NCBI GenBank assembly: GCA_045577925.1
Contig: JAZNJH010000031.1
Location: forward strand, 46,094 to 110,093
Direction: 5' to 3'
Source of the DNA: Eubacteriales bacterium
GTDB lineage: Bacteria > Bacillota > Clostridia > Oscillospirales > CAG-272
Length of the DNA stretch: 64,000 bases
Shown: positions 45,432-54,712 of the stretch, piece after piece
Numbering within the stretch: the stretch's first letter is position 1
How the letters are laid out: each line of letters begins with the position of its first letter
Translations under genes and position numbers: made by a program
Notes under the pieces: model-generated
Seen by the model: the letters and a program-made list of their open reading frames with translations, nothing else
Told to the model about the DNA's origin: nothing
Databases searched by the model: none

Positions 45432-46643
45432 TTATTTTCTTATAAATGTATCAAGAAGCTTGTATCCGTCAGCAATGTAAAGCCCTGCGAGTGAACAGTT
45501 CTTTTCACTGTACGTATCGATACCGTTTATTTTTTTGTCCGAAGAATAAATAAAGAACGGTACAGGTTCCATTGTGTGTGTTCTTCTTGATATGGGGGTA
45601 GGATGATCGGGAAGAACGAGTATCGAAAACTCTTCTCCTGAAGACTCAAGATAATTATATATAGGCTCGAGTATAAGCTTGTCTATCTTTTCAACCGAAA
45701 GAATCTTATTCTCAAGCTCTGCTCTGTGTCCGCATTCATCGGGTGCCTCAACGTGGAGATACACGAGGTCTCGTCCGCGTTTGAAAGCATCTATTGCAGC
45801 ATTTGCTTTACCGGTGTAGTTTGTATGTACGTTACCCGTTGCGCCTTCAACGTCGATCGACTCCATACCGGCACAAAGTCCTATGCCCTTAATGAGGTCA
45901 ACGGCCGAAATGACGGAAGCATCAAGCCCCCATTTTTCTTTGAATATCGGGAGAGAGGGGCGCCTGCCGGGACTCCAGAACCACGCAGAGTTAGCGGGCT
46001 TGAGCCCGCGCTCACGACGAGCCACGTTGACGGGATGGTTTTCAAGAATGTCATAGCTTTCACGCATCATCTTATAGAACATTTCGCCATCCTTGTCTTT
46101 AGGCATATACTGTCCGATCTTTTGTGTAAGTATGTCGTGAGGACGAGTGAAATCATATTTTTCAATACCATTTTTAAGTATCATACAGTGACGATAGCTT
46201 ACACCAGTGTAGAAATGAAGCCCTTCTCTGCCAAAATGATCTTCAAGAGCCTTTATAAGCTCGTCAGCTTCGGCAGTGGTGATTTCGTCTGCACTATGGT
46301 CTATAATAGTACGGTCGTCGTAATCACAGTCTTCTTCCGAGAGTGTAACAACGTTGCATCTGTATGCAGTATCGTCGTCATCCATATGTAATCCCATACT
46401 TAAAGCCTCAAGAGGGGATCTTCCTTTTGAGTAAATTTTAGGGTCATACGACATTATGGCGATATTCGCGGTATCGCTTTCAGGAACCATTCCATCGGGC
46501 ACGTTTGAAACGCTTCCACAAACCGAAATCTTCGCAAGCTTGTCCATAAAAGGCTTATTTGCTTTTTCCATAGGTGTCATGCCGCCGAGCTCTTCAATCG
46601 GATAATCGGCCATTCCATCGCATACGAGTATCAGATATTTCAT
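45432..46643 (-). CDS. Cofactor-independent phosphoglycerate mutase, ApgM type (the family also annotated 'proposed homoserine kinase')
   Basis: KYLILVCDGMADYP start, metalloenzyme-superfamily segments HVEAPDECGH and LVLPDHPTP. 403 aa. Confidence 0.82.
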   Translation of the reverse strand: MKYLILVCDGMADYPIEELGGMTPMEKANKPFMDKLAKISVCGSVSNVPDGMVPESDTANIAIMSYDPKIYSKGRSPLEALSMGLHMDDDDTAYRCNVVTLSEEDCDYDDRTIIDHSADEITTAEADELIKALEDHFGREGLHFYTGVSYRHCMILKNGIEKYDFTRPHDILTQKIGQYMPKDKDGEMFYKMMRESYDILENHPVNVARRERGLKPANSAWFWSPGRRPSLPIFKEKWGLDASVISAVDLIKGIGLCAGMESIDVEGATGNVHTNYTGKANAAIDAFKRGRDLVYLHVEAPDECGHRAELENKILSVEKIDKLILEPIYNYLESSGEEFSILVLPDHPTPISRRTHTMEPVPFFIYSSDKKINGIDTYSEKNCSLAGLYIADGYKLLDTFIRK

Positions 46644-46800
46644 AATAATTTCACCTCAAGGTAAATTAGTGTAAAGTTATATTTATATACAATATTATAA
46701 GACTATATTCATACAAAAACAATGATACTTCCACATAATTTACACTTTATTTTCATTTTAAAACCGTGAAATAATTTGTATTATTTGTTTGCAAATTCTA

Positions 46801-46829
46801 TTGACTTGAATGTTATTATTTGGTATACT
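46801..46829 (+). promoter_or_regulatory. Sigma-A promoter for prfB
   Basis: TTGACT, a 17-nt spacer, then TATACT, about 60 nt upstream of the prfB start. Confidence 0.6.
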
Positions 46830-46890
46830 ATAGTATGTGTAATTATGTAACTATTTTGTAATTTGACGCTTTGGCGTCGGGAGGAAATAA

Positions 46891-48012
46891 TTGATTATTC
46901 AACTTGAGGAAGCAAAATATAAGCTTCAGGGAATGCGAGCTGATATAACAGAGCTTGGAAGTGCTTTGCAGATTGACAAGCTTCGCGAAAAAGCGGATGA
47001 CCTTGAAAAGGAAACTTTCGACCCTGACTTCTGGAACGATCAGGAAAATTCAAGTACTGTTCTTCGAAAAGTCAAGCAGCTCAAGGATAAAATTAAAAAG
47101 TATGATGACCTCGCAACAAGACTTGAGGACGCGATCGTTCTTGCCGAGCTTGGAATTGATGAAGGTGATGAGTCACTTATCCCTGAGGTCGAAGCAGAGG
47201 TTATAAAGATTGCAGAAGAGGAAGAACGTCAGCGTATTGAGATTCTTCTTTCGGGCGAATACGACCAGAGTAATGCAATCGTTTCGTTTCACCCGGGTGC
47301 GGGAGGCACGGAGGCTCAGGACTGGGCTCTTATGCTCTACCGTATGTACACGCGTTGGGGTGAAAAGCACGGATACAACGTTAAGCTTATAGATTGGCTT
47401 GACGGTGAAGAAGCCGGACTTAAGAGTGCTACTATAATGGTAGAGGGTGAGAATGCATACGGCTATCTTAAGAGCGAGAACGGCGTTCACAGGCTCGTTC
47501 GTGTTTCGCCTTTTGACTCGTCGGGAAGACGTCACACCTCTTTTGCTTCTGTTGAAGTTATGCCCGAATTTACCGACGATGGTAAGATAGAGATCCGCGA
47601 TGAGGATATTGAAGTAACTGCTCACCGCTCGAGTGGCGCAGGAGGACAGCACGTAAACAAGACTGACTCTGCTATCCGTATCCTTCATAAGCCCACGGGT
47701 ATCGTTGTAGGTTGTCAGACCGAGCGCAGTCAGCTTCAAAATAAGGAAACAGCAATGAAGATGCTCAAGAGCAAGCTTATGGAAATAAAAGAGCGCGAAA
47801 AGCTCGAGAGAATAGAAGATATTCAGGGCAACAAAACGAATATTGAATGGGGAGCACAGATACGCTCGTACGTGTTTATGCCCTACACGCTTGCAAAAGA
47901 CACGCGTACAGGCTATGAAGACGGCAATATCAATGCAGTTATGGACGGTGAGATAGACGGATTTATAAACGCTTATCTCAAGGCAAACGCAAACAGTAAC
48001 GACCAAATCTAA
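46891..48012 (+). CDS. prfB: Peptide chain release factor 2 (single uninterrupted ORF, no programmed frameshift)
   Basis: SPF tripeptide in RVSPFDS and GGQ motif in SGAGGQHVNKTDSA. PDFWNDQ lies at the usual place. TTG start at 46891 with GGGAGG 6 nt upstream. Confidence 0.93.
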   Translation: MIIQLEEAKYKLQGMRADITELGSALQIDKLREKADDLEKETFDPDFWNDQENSSTVLRKVKQLKDKIKKYDDLATRLEDAIVLAELGIDEGDESLIPEVEAEVIKIAEEEERQRIEILLSGEYDQSNAIVSFHPGAGGTEAQDWALMLYRMYTRWGEKHGYNVKLIDWLDGEEAGLKSATIMVEGENAYGYLKSENGVHRLVRVSPFDSSGRRHTSFASVEVMPEFTDDGKIEIRDEDIEVTAHRSSGAGGQHVNKTDSAIRILHKPTGIVVGCQTERSQLQNKETAMKMLKSKLMEIKEREKLERIEDIQGNKTNIEWGAQIRSYVFMPYTLAKDTRTGYEDGNINAVMDGEIDGFINAYLKANANSNDQI

Positions 48013-48054
48013 TTTTATAAATCAAATGTCTGCAAAGACAGAAAGGACATAAAA

Positions 48055-48873
48055 ATGCAACAGACGAATGAATTCCTCGCAAAGCAAGCGAAAAAAATCA
48101 GAATCGGTATTATCGAAGGCGTATACAGAGCGGCTTCGGGACATCCGGGCGGTTCTCTTTCGATCGCTGACGTGATGGCGTATCTTTATTTTGAAGAAAT
48201 GAATATTGATCCCAAAAATCCCAAGTATCCTGCACGCGACCGTTTTGTTCTTTCAAAGGGACACGCGGCTCCGGCGCTTTATTCTACTCTTGCAAACCGC
48301 GGATACTTCCCCGTTGAACATCTTAAGACACTTCGTCAGATAGACAGCAATCTCCAGGGTCACCCGGATATGAAGGGTACTGCCGGCGTTGATATGACAA
48401 CAGGCTCGCTCGGGCTTGGTATCTCTGCTGCTTGCGGTATGGCTCTTTCGGGCAAGATATCAAACGATTCTTACAGAGTATATGCTGTTCTCGGTGACGG
48501 TGAATGTGAAGAAGGTCAGGTCTGGGAAGCAGCTATGTTCGCTGCTCACTATAAGCTTGATAACCTTTGTGCTTTCGTTGACTATAACGGGCTTCAGATA
48601 GACGGACCCGTTGCTGACGTTATCGGTCCTGCTCCTTTCAAGGAAAAGTTTGAAGCGTTCGGCTGGAACGTAATTGAGATCGACGGCCACGACTTTGATG
48701 CTATTAGAAATGCTGCAGCGAAGGCTCGCGAATGTAAGGGCAAGCCTACAGCTGTTATTATGAAGACTGTTAAGGGACGCGGAGTTTCATTTATGGAAAA
48801 CCAGGTAAGCTGGCACGGAAGCGCTCCCAAGGAAGACCAGTACAAGCTTGCACTCGAAGAACTCGGTGCCTGA
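48055..48873 (+). CDS. Transketolase, N-terminal subunit (split form)
   Basis: SGHPGGSLS, GSLGLGIS, GDGECEEGQVWEA (ThDP-binding motif). 272 aa. Confidence 0.92.
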   Translation: MQQTNEFLAKQAKKIRIGIIEGVYRAASGHPGGSLSIADVMAYLYFEEMNIDPKNPKYPARDRFVLSKGHAAPALYSTLANRGYFPVEHLKTLRQIDSNLQGHPDMKGTAGVDMTTGSLGLGISAACGMALSGKISNDSYRVYAVLGDGECEEGQVWEAAMFAAHYKLDNLCAFVDYNGLQIDGPVADVIGPAPFKEKFEAFGWNVIEIDGHDFDAIRNAAAKARECKGKPTAVIMKTVKGRGVSFMENQVSWHGSAPKEDQYKLALEELGA

Positions 48874-48901
48874 TTACTTAATGTGAGAAAGGAATACGAA
48901 A

Positions 48902-49843
48902 ATGTCTGAGAAAATTGCTACAAGAGAAGCCTACGGCTCAGCACTTGTTGAGTTTGGTGCAAAATATGATAACCTCGTTGTCTTTGATGCAGACCTTGCC
49001 GAAGCAACGAAAACAATAAAATTCAAAAAAGCGTACCCCGACAGATTCTTTGACTGCGGTATTGCCGAGGGCAACATGATTTCCGTTGCAGCAGGTGTTG
49101 CAACCACAGGAAAGATACCCTTTGTAAGCTCATTTGCTATGTTCAGCGCAGGACGTGCTTTTGAACAGGTAAGAAACTCTATCGGATACCCTCATCTTAA
49201 TGTAAAGATCGGCGCAACACATGCAGGAATTTCTGTTGGTGAAGACGGCGCTACTCACCAATGCCTTGAAGACATAGCTCTTATGCGTACTATCCCCGGC
49301 ATGACGATTATCAATCCTGCTGACGCTGTTGAAGCACGCGCTGCTGTTGAAGCTGCTATCAACTTTGAAGGCCCTGTATACTTAAGATTCGGACGCCTTG
49401 CTCTTGACCAGATATTTGACGAAAGCTATAAGTTTGAGATCGGCAAGGGTGTAAAACTTGTTAATGGTACAGACGTAACTATCGTCGCTACAGGTCTTAT
49501 GGTTCACGAGGCTTTGAAGGCTGCTGAACTTCTTAAGAGCGAAGGTATAAGTGCTCGCGTTATTAACATAGCTACAATCAAGCCTCTTGACAAGGAAATA
49601 ATACTTACAGCTGCACGTGAAACAGGTGCTATTGTAACTGCTGAAGAACACAACGTTATCGGTGGTCTCGGAAGCGCTGTTTGCGAGTGTCTCAGCGAGT
49701 CTTGCCCGACTCCTGTTATCAGAGTTGGTACACAAGACGTGTTCGGACGTTCCGGTAAAGTTCCGCCGCTTCTTGAAATGTACGGTCTTACTGCTGCAAA
49801 CCTTGTGGCAAAGGCAAAAGAAGCAATTGCTCTTAAAAAATAA
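48902..49843 (+). CDS. Transketolase, C-terminal subunit (split form)
   Basis: FFDCGIAEGNM, ATHAGISVGEDGATHQ, and the C-terminal EEHNVIGGLGSAV. Confidence 0.92.
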   Translation: MSEKIATREAYGSALVEFGAKYDNLVVFDADLAEATKTIKFKKAYPDRFFDCGIAEGNMISVAAGVATTGKIPFVSSFAMFSAGRAFEQVRNSIGYPHLNVKIGATHAGISVGEDGATHQCLEDIALMRTIPGMTIINPADAVEARAAVEAAINFEGPVYLRFGRLALDQIFDESYKFEIGKGVKLVNGTDVTIVATGLMVHEALKAAELLKSEGISARVINIATIKPLDKEIILTAARETGAIVTAEEHNVIGGLGSAVCECLSESCPTPVIRVGTQDVFGRSGKVPPLLEMYGLTAANLVAKAKEAIALKK

Positions 49844-49849
49844 AATAAT

Positions 49850-49887
49850 GTGCCCGACAAGAAATTGTTGGGCACTTAGTTTTTTTC
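49850..49887 (+). terminator. Rho-independent terminator after the transketolase genes
   Basis: GTGCCCGACAA, loop GAAA, TTGTTGGGCAC, then TTAGTTTTTTT. Confidence 0.8.
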
Positions 49888-49915
49888 CGAAGAAAGGCAT
49901 TAATAAAAGAATTTA

Positions 49916-50641
49916 ATGGAAAATATAAAATATAAATCTGAACTGAAAAAAATATATCCATACCGAATTGAAATGCATGCCCATACCTCACCTGTAAGCG
50001 TTTGCAGCGAGATACCTCCCGAGGAGATGATGCGAACCTATTCAGAGATTGGCTATCATGCTATTGTTATTACCAATCATTTTACAGAATGTATGTTTAG
50101 TGGTATGACAAAAAAAGAAGCAATCGATTATTATGTAAAAGACTATAAAGATTGTGCTTCATTAAGCGAGAAATACAACGTTAAGGTTCTACTTGGCGTT
50201 GAAATTCGCTTTGAGCGTGAGTCAATGAACGACTATCTGATATATGGTGCTGACAGAAAGATACTCGAAGATGCATATGACTACTTGTCGGGTGATATAA
50301 AAACATACAGAAAGGAAATTAAGCTTGACAAATCTCTCTTTGTTCAGGCTCACCCTTTCAGAGCGACTCCTGCTGCCCCTTCCCTGCTTGACGGTGTTGA
50401 AGCTTTTAATATGCATCATCATCATAATTCCCGCATAGCTTTGGCACTGAGGTTTGCAAAGGAAAATAGTTTCTCAATAATAACCGCAGGATCCGATTTT
50501 CATCACCCAAATGCGGCAAATGAAGGGAATGCTGCAGTAAGGACGAAGAAAATCCCAAAAGATTCATTTGAGCTTGCACAAATTTTGAAAAGCGGAGATT
50601 ATATTATAGATCTTGGACCTGATACAATATTATTGCCATAG
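49916..50641 (+). CDS. PHP-domain (polymerase/histidinol-phosphatase-like) metal-dependent phosphoesterase
   Basis: IEMHAHTSPVS (HxH), later His clusters QAHPFR and FNMHHHHNS, and GSDFHH. Confidence 0.72.
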   Translation: MENIKYKSELKKIYPYRIEMHAHTSPVSVCSEIPPEEMMRTYSEIGYHAIVITNHFTECMFSGMTKKEAIDYYVKDYKDCASLSEKYNVKVLLGVEIRFERESMNDYLIYGADRKILEDAYDYLSGDIKTYRKEIKLDKSLFVQAHPFRATPAAPSLLDGVEAFNMHHHHNSRIALALRFAKENSFSIITAGSDFHHPNAANEGNAAVRTKKIPKDSFELAQILKSGDYIIDLGPDTILLP

Positions 50642-50647
50642 AAAAAA

Positions 50648-50685
50648 GCCAGCATTGAATGCTGGCTATTGAATGCTGGCTTTTT
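50648..50685. terminator. Bidirectional terminator containing a tandemly duplicated right arm
   Basis: GCCAGCAT can pair with either of two ATGCTGGC copies (ATTGAATGCTGGC occurs twice in tandem). The flanks are AAAAAA and TTTTT. Confidence 0.72.
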
Positions 50686-51587
50686 CATGCTCTCTTTTCG
50701 TCGGGAATCTGTGCAAGTATAATTGCACAGAATACGATTACGCAGCCGAAAATCTCGCGAGAAGATAGTGTACTTGGTGTACCCGTTATTTTGCTATAAG
50801 CAAATTCCCCAAGTAGTGCAAAAACCGATTCGAGGCTCAATATAAGAGATGCAAGCGTGGGGTTTACCCCCTTTTGCCCGACTATCTGAAGCGTATAAGC
50901 AACGCCGCAGGACATTACACCTGCATACAATATCGGTATTCTTGCATCTATTATTGCGGAAAACTCGGGCTTGTCAAGCAAAAGCATTGGTATTACTGAT
51001 AAAAGTCCGCAAACGAAAAACTGAATACATGACATTGCAACGCCGTCGACTTTTGGTGAAAAATAGTCGATAACAAGTATATGTACCGAGAATACTGCTG
51101 CCGCAAGTATCAGAAAAACGTCTCCCGGAGCAAATACAAGAGCTTCGCCGTCAAAACAAAGGAAATACAGACCAACAAGCGAAGCAAGTGCTGCGAAAAT
51201 AAGCTTTAAACCGGGTCTTTTGCCTGTAAAACAAGCGAAAAACGGAACGATTACAATGTATAATGCGGTCATAAAGCCTGCTTTTCCGGGGCTCGTATCA
51301 ACAAGCGCGTACTGTTGGAGCGTTGAAGCTATAAAAAGAACCGTCCCACACGAAATTCCGCCGATTATAAGTGTTTTCTTGTTTTCGTATTTGTATTTGC
51401 CGCTACGTTTGCCAAAAAGTCTCAGAACGAATACAAGCGGTAAAAGTGCTATTCCGCCAATAAGTGATCGGATTCCGTTGAAAGTGAACGGTTTCAGATA
51501 CTCCATACCTACGCTTTGAGCGATAAAGGCAAGACCCCATATTATTGCGGTCATCATCAAGAAAAAACTATTTCTGATATTATTCAT
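50685..51587 (-). CDS. EamA/DMT-superfamily transporter
   Basis: 300 aa, 10 TM segments arranged as two EamA-like halves, with the N-terminus IIWGLAFIAQSVG. Confidence 0.82.
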   Translation of the reverse strand: MNNIRNSFFLMMTAIIWGLAFIAQSVGMEYLKPFTFNGIRSLIGGIALLPLVFVLRLFGKRSGKYKYENKKTLIIGGISCGTVLFIASTLQQYALVDTSPGKAGFMTALYIVIVPFFACFTGKRPGLKLIFAALASLVGLYFLCFDGEALVFAPGDVFLILAAAVFSVHILVIDYFSPKVDGVAMSCIQFFVCGLLSVIPMLLLDKPEFSAIIDARIPILYAGVMSCGVAYTLQIVGQKGVNPTLASLILSLESVFALLGEFAYSKITGTPSTLSSREIFGCVIVFCAIILAQIPDEKRA

Positions 51588-51597
51588 TGTTACACCT

Positions 51598-51630
51598 AAA
51601 AATTATCGGGCGGCACAAACCGCCCGATTT
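51598..51630 (-). terminator. Rho-independent terminator after tpiA
   Basis: ATCGGGCGG, loop, CCGCCCGAT (9-bp GC-rich stem) with T-rich flanks on both strands. Confidence 0.7.
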
Positions 51631-51642
51631 TTGTTTTTGAGA

Positions 51643-52410
51643 TTACTGTGCAGCGTCAACAATGATCGTGAAGTCTTCTGTTTTAAGAGAAGCACCGCCG
51701 ATAAGTCCGCCGTCTACGTTTTCCTTGGAAAGAAGCTCTGCGGCATTCTTTGCATTCATTGAACCGCCGTACTGGATAACAGTTGCATCAGCTTCAGCCT
51801 TTGTGTATAGCTTTGCAATAACGTTTCTGATGATTGCACAAACTTCTTCTGCCTGATCAGCAGTAGCTGTCTTGCCTGTGCCGATAGCCCATACGGGTTC
51901 GTAGGCGATGATAACGTTCTTGAGCTGCTCGCTCGTAACGTCCTTGAGAGCGATCTTTGTCTGCATAGACACGATCTCTTCTGTGATACCAAGTTCACGC
52001 TCGTCAAGCATTTCACCAACACAGAGGATAACCTTGAGTCCTGCATTAAGTGCTGCGAGAGTTCTGAGGTTAACAGTTTCATCTGTTTCACCGAAGTACT
52101 GTCTGCGCTCACTGTGACCGATAACAACGTACTCTGCTCCGCATTCAAGAAGCATTTCAGCGGAAATTTCGCCTGTGTAAGCACCGCTTTCCTTGAAGTG
52201 TACGTTCTGCGCGCCAACCTTTACGTTTGTGCCCTTTGCGCTTGCAACTGCGGATGCAATGTCAACGAAGGGTACGCAAAGTACGATTTCGCATTCATTC
52301 TTCCCTGCTACCTTTATTGCAAGCTCTTCGATGAAAGCTGAGGTCTTTGAGGGAGTCATGTTCATTTTCCAATTTCCCGCGATAACGGGACGTCTGAGAG
52401 ATTTATTCAT
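51643..52410 (-). CDS. tpiA: Triose-phosphate isomerase
   Basis: IAGNWKMN, VIGHSERR, AYEPVWAIGTGKTA, GGASL. Confidence 0.95.
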   Translation of the reverse strand: MNKSLRRPVIAGNWKMNMTPSKTSAFIEELAIKVAGKNECEIVLCVPFVDIASAVASAKGTNVKVGAQNVHFKESGAYTGEISAEMLLECGAEYVVIGHSERRQYFGETDETVNLRTLAALNAGLKVILCVGEMLDERELGITEEIVSMQTKIALKDVTSEQLKNVIIAYEPVWAIGTGKTATADQAEEVCAIIRNVIAKLYTKAEADATVIQYGGSMNAKNAAELLSKENVDGGLIGGASLKTEDFTIIVDAAQ

Positions 52411-52438
52411 TTTCGTAAGTCCTTCTTAAATATTGTTA

Positions 52439-53737
52439 TTACTTGTTGTTGAGGCAAGCGATACCGGGAAGGTCCTTACCCTCTAAAAATTCAAGTGATG
52501 CGCCGCCGCCTGTGGAGATATGAGTCATCTTGTCAGCATAGCCGAGCTTTTCAACTGCTGCTGCACTGTCTCCACCGCCGATGATCGAGATCGCGCCCGA
52601 TTCAGCAACAGCCTTAGCAACTGTTTCTGTACCTGCTGCAAAGTTCTTCCATTCGGAAACGCCCATCGGTCCGTTCCATACAACTGTTCCGGCGCCCTTA
52701 ATAGACTTAGAGAAGAGTTCCTGAGTAATCGGTCCGATGTCAAGTCCCATCCAACCATCCGGGATGGAGTCGGAATAAATTCTCATGTATTCGGTATTTT
52801 CGTCGTATTCCTTACCTACCATATTGTCTACAGGGAGAAGGAAGTTAACTTTCTTTTCACGAGCCTTTCCAAGAAGCTCAAGAGCAAGATCAAGCTTGTC
52901 TTCTTCGCAGAGAGACGTTCCTGTTGAGTTGCCGAGAGCGCGGAAGAATGTGTAAGCCATACCGCCACCGATGATGAGCGTATCAACCTTTTCAATGAGG
53001 TTGTTTATAACGCCGATCTTGTCGGAAACCTTAGCGCCGCCTAGTATTGCAACGAAAGGACGAACGGGATTGCTGAGCGCATCACCCATGATCTTGATTT
53101 CCTTCTGGATAAGATAGCCGCATACAGCGTCCTTTATGAATTCTGTAACGCCTGCAGTTGAAGAGTGTGCTCTGTGAGCAGAACCGAATGCATCGTTTAC
53201 GTAAAGGTCAGCAAATTCAGCGAGAGCCTTGGAGAACGTAGGATCGTTCTTTGTTTCTCTTGCATCGAAACGAACGTTTTCGATAAGAACAGCTTCGCCG
53301 TCCTTAAGAGCTGCAACCTTTGCCTTTGCATCTTCACCAATAATATCGGTAGCGAACGTTACCTTGCCGTCAAGAAGCTCATTGAGTCTGTCTGCAACAG
53401 GCTTGAGGGTGAACTTAACAGGATCTTCCTTTGCTGCCTTTTCAAGCATCTTAGCCTTAGCTTCTGCCTGTTCTTCAGCAGGAAGTGCCTCTATTTTCGC
53501 CTTTTCCTTCTTTGTAAGTCCGAAGCCTTCTGTAAGAACGGCGTGGGGCTTACCCATGTGCGAGCAAAGGATAACCTTTGCGCCATGCTCTAAAAGGTAT
53601 TTGATCGTGGGAATAGCGCTTACGATTCTCTTGTCGCTTGTGATAACGCCGTCCTTGAGCGGTACGTTAAAGTCGCAACGAACGAGAACTCTCTTGCCGG
53701 ATACTTCAATATCCTCAATGGTCTTCTTGTTGTACAT
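52439..53737 (-). CDS. pgk: Phosphoglycerate kinase (with an extra segment of about 37 residues after the GKP motif)
   Basis: [63 protein letters not shown]. 432 aa. Confidence 0.95.
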   Translation of the reverse strand: MYNKKTIEDIEVSGKRVLVRCDFNVPLKDGVITSDKRIVSAIPTIKYLLEHGAKVILCSHMGKPHAVLTEGFGLTKKEKAKIEALPAEEQAEAKAKMLEKAAKEDPVKFTLKPVADRLNELLDGKVTFATDIIGEDAKAKVAALKDGEAVLIENVRFDARETKNDPTFSKALAEFADLYVNDAFGSAHRAHSSTAGVTEFIKDAVCGYLIQKEIKIMGDALSNPVRPFVAILGGAKVSDKIGVINNLIEKVDTLIIGGGMAYTFFRALGNSTGTSLCEEDKLDLALELLGKAREKKVNFLLPVDNMVGKEYDENTEYMRIYSDSIPDGWMGLDIGPITQELFSKSIKGAGTVVWNGPMGVSEWKNFAAGTETVAKAVAESGAISIIGGGDSAAAVEKLGYADKMTHISTGGGASLEFLEGKDLPGIACLNNK

Positions 53738-53811
53738 GTTTTCACCTCAAAAATAAAATTTTACATAGTTAATTATGCGTGCATTTTGCCGCAAAAATTC
53801 TCACGGCTAAT

Positions 53812-53840
53812 ATTGTATCATATTTTATCGAATTTGGCAA
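53812..53840 (-). promoter_or_regulatory. Candidate sigma-A promoter for pgk-tpiA
   Basis: The minus strand reads TTGCCA, a 17-nt spacer, then TACAAT with an extended -10 TG (aTGaTACAAT). Confidence 0.55.
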
Positions 53841-53885
53841 GCATATTTTGTTAAAAAAACAACGAATACCGTCTTAATTTGTTTT

Positions 53886-54701
53886 TTATCCCATTAGAGT
53901 GCTGATACCGAAATAAACAAATACTATTACTGCCAATATTATTCTGTAATAACCGAAAAATTTAAAATCATGTTTTTTTACATATTCTACAAGAAATTTC
54001 ATAGAAATCAGGGATACGACGTATGCTACAAGCATTCCCGTAATCAGCACAAGCAAGTTTTCAGTGCTGAAAAGGTCAAGATTTGTGATGATTTTCAAGA
54101 AACTGACACCGAACATAACAGGGATTGCAAGGAAAAATGAAAATTCAGCCGCAAGCTCACGCGAACATCCGATTATCATTGCACCAAGTATTGTAGCGCC
54201 TGAGCGTGATGTCCCGGGTATTATCGAAAGGACCTGGAACAGTCCGATTATTATAGCGGTCTTATATGAAAGTTCCTTCATTGAAACAATCTTGATAGAA
54301 CTGTTCCTGTTTTCAACTATTATAAACGCAATGCCATATATAAGCAGTGTCGCACCGACAACATACCAAGTTTCAATCTTTTCCATAAAGTTGTCAAGCG
54401 CCAGCCCGAACACAGCGGCGGGTAGGCAGGCGATTATTACCTTAAACCACATCTGCCACGTGTTGCGTTTCTCGGTTTCGCTTTTTGACGGTGCAAATGG
54501 GTTGAGTCGCCTAAAATAGAGTGTGACGACCGCGAGTATTGCTCCAAGCTGTATAACGTAAATATAAAGATCGCTGCTTGTAAAGCCTGAGTTATTTATA
54601 AACTCATTTACAAGAATCATATGTCCCGTTGAGCTGATAGGTAACCATTCGGTTATTCCCTCAACTATACCTAGCAAAAGCGATTTAAGAACTTCGATCA
54701 T
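53886..54701 (-). CDS. uppP: Undecaprenyl-diphosphate phosphatase
   Basis: GIVEGITEWLPISSTGH and PGTSRSGATI motifs. 271 aa, polytopic. Confidence 0.92.
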   Translation of the reverse strand: MIEVLKSLLLGIVEGITEWLPISSTGHMILVNEFINNSGFTSSDLYIYVIQLGAILAVVTLYFRRLNPFAPSKSETEKRNTWQMWFKVIIACLPAAVFGLALDNFMEKIETWYVVGATLLIYGIAFIIVENRNSSIKIVSMKELSYKTAIIIGLFQVLSIIPGTSRSGATILGAMIIGCSRELAAEFSFFLAIPVMFGVSFLKIITNLDLFSTENLLVLITGMLVAYVVSLISMKFLVEYVKKHDFKFFGYYRIILAVIVFVYFGISTLMG

Positions 54702-54712
54702 GATAACCTCCG

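Noticed and set aside
45726-46391. A 221-aa ORF antisense to the ApgM-type mutase gene. Similar antisense ORFs occur at 53229-53756 over pgk and at 49382-49900 over transketolase C.
   Set aside because: Each is nested opposite a well-supported gene, and none has an RBS or any motif. I treat them as chance ORFs.
46940-46975. I searched for the prfB CTT TGA C frameshift site.
   Set aside because: It is not present, and the reading frame is continuous through the homologous position (GCT TTG CAG). This is reported as a low-interest finding and is not a pseudogene or frameshift.
47173-48006. A 277-aa ORF antisense to almost the whole of prfB.
   Set aside because: It is fully nested antisense to a confidently identified, highly conserved gene. 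Its translation is low-complexity with no recognisable motif, SD or promoter. Long antisense ORFs are a known by-product of codon bias.
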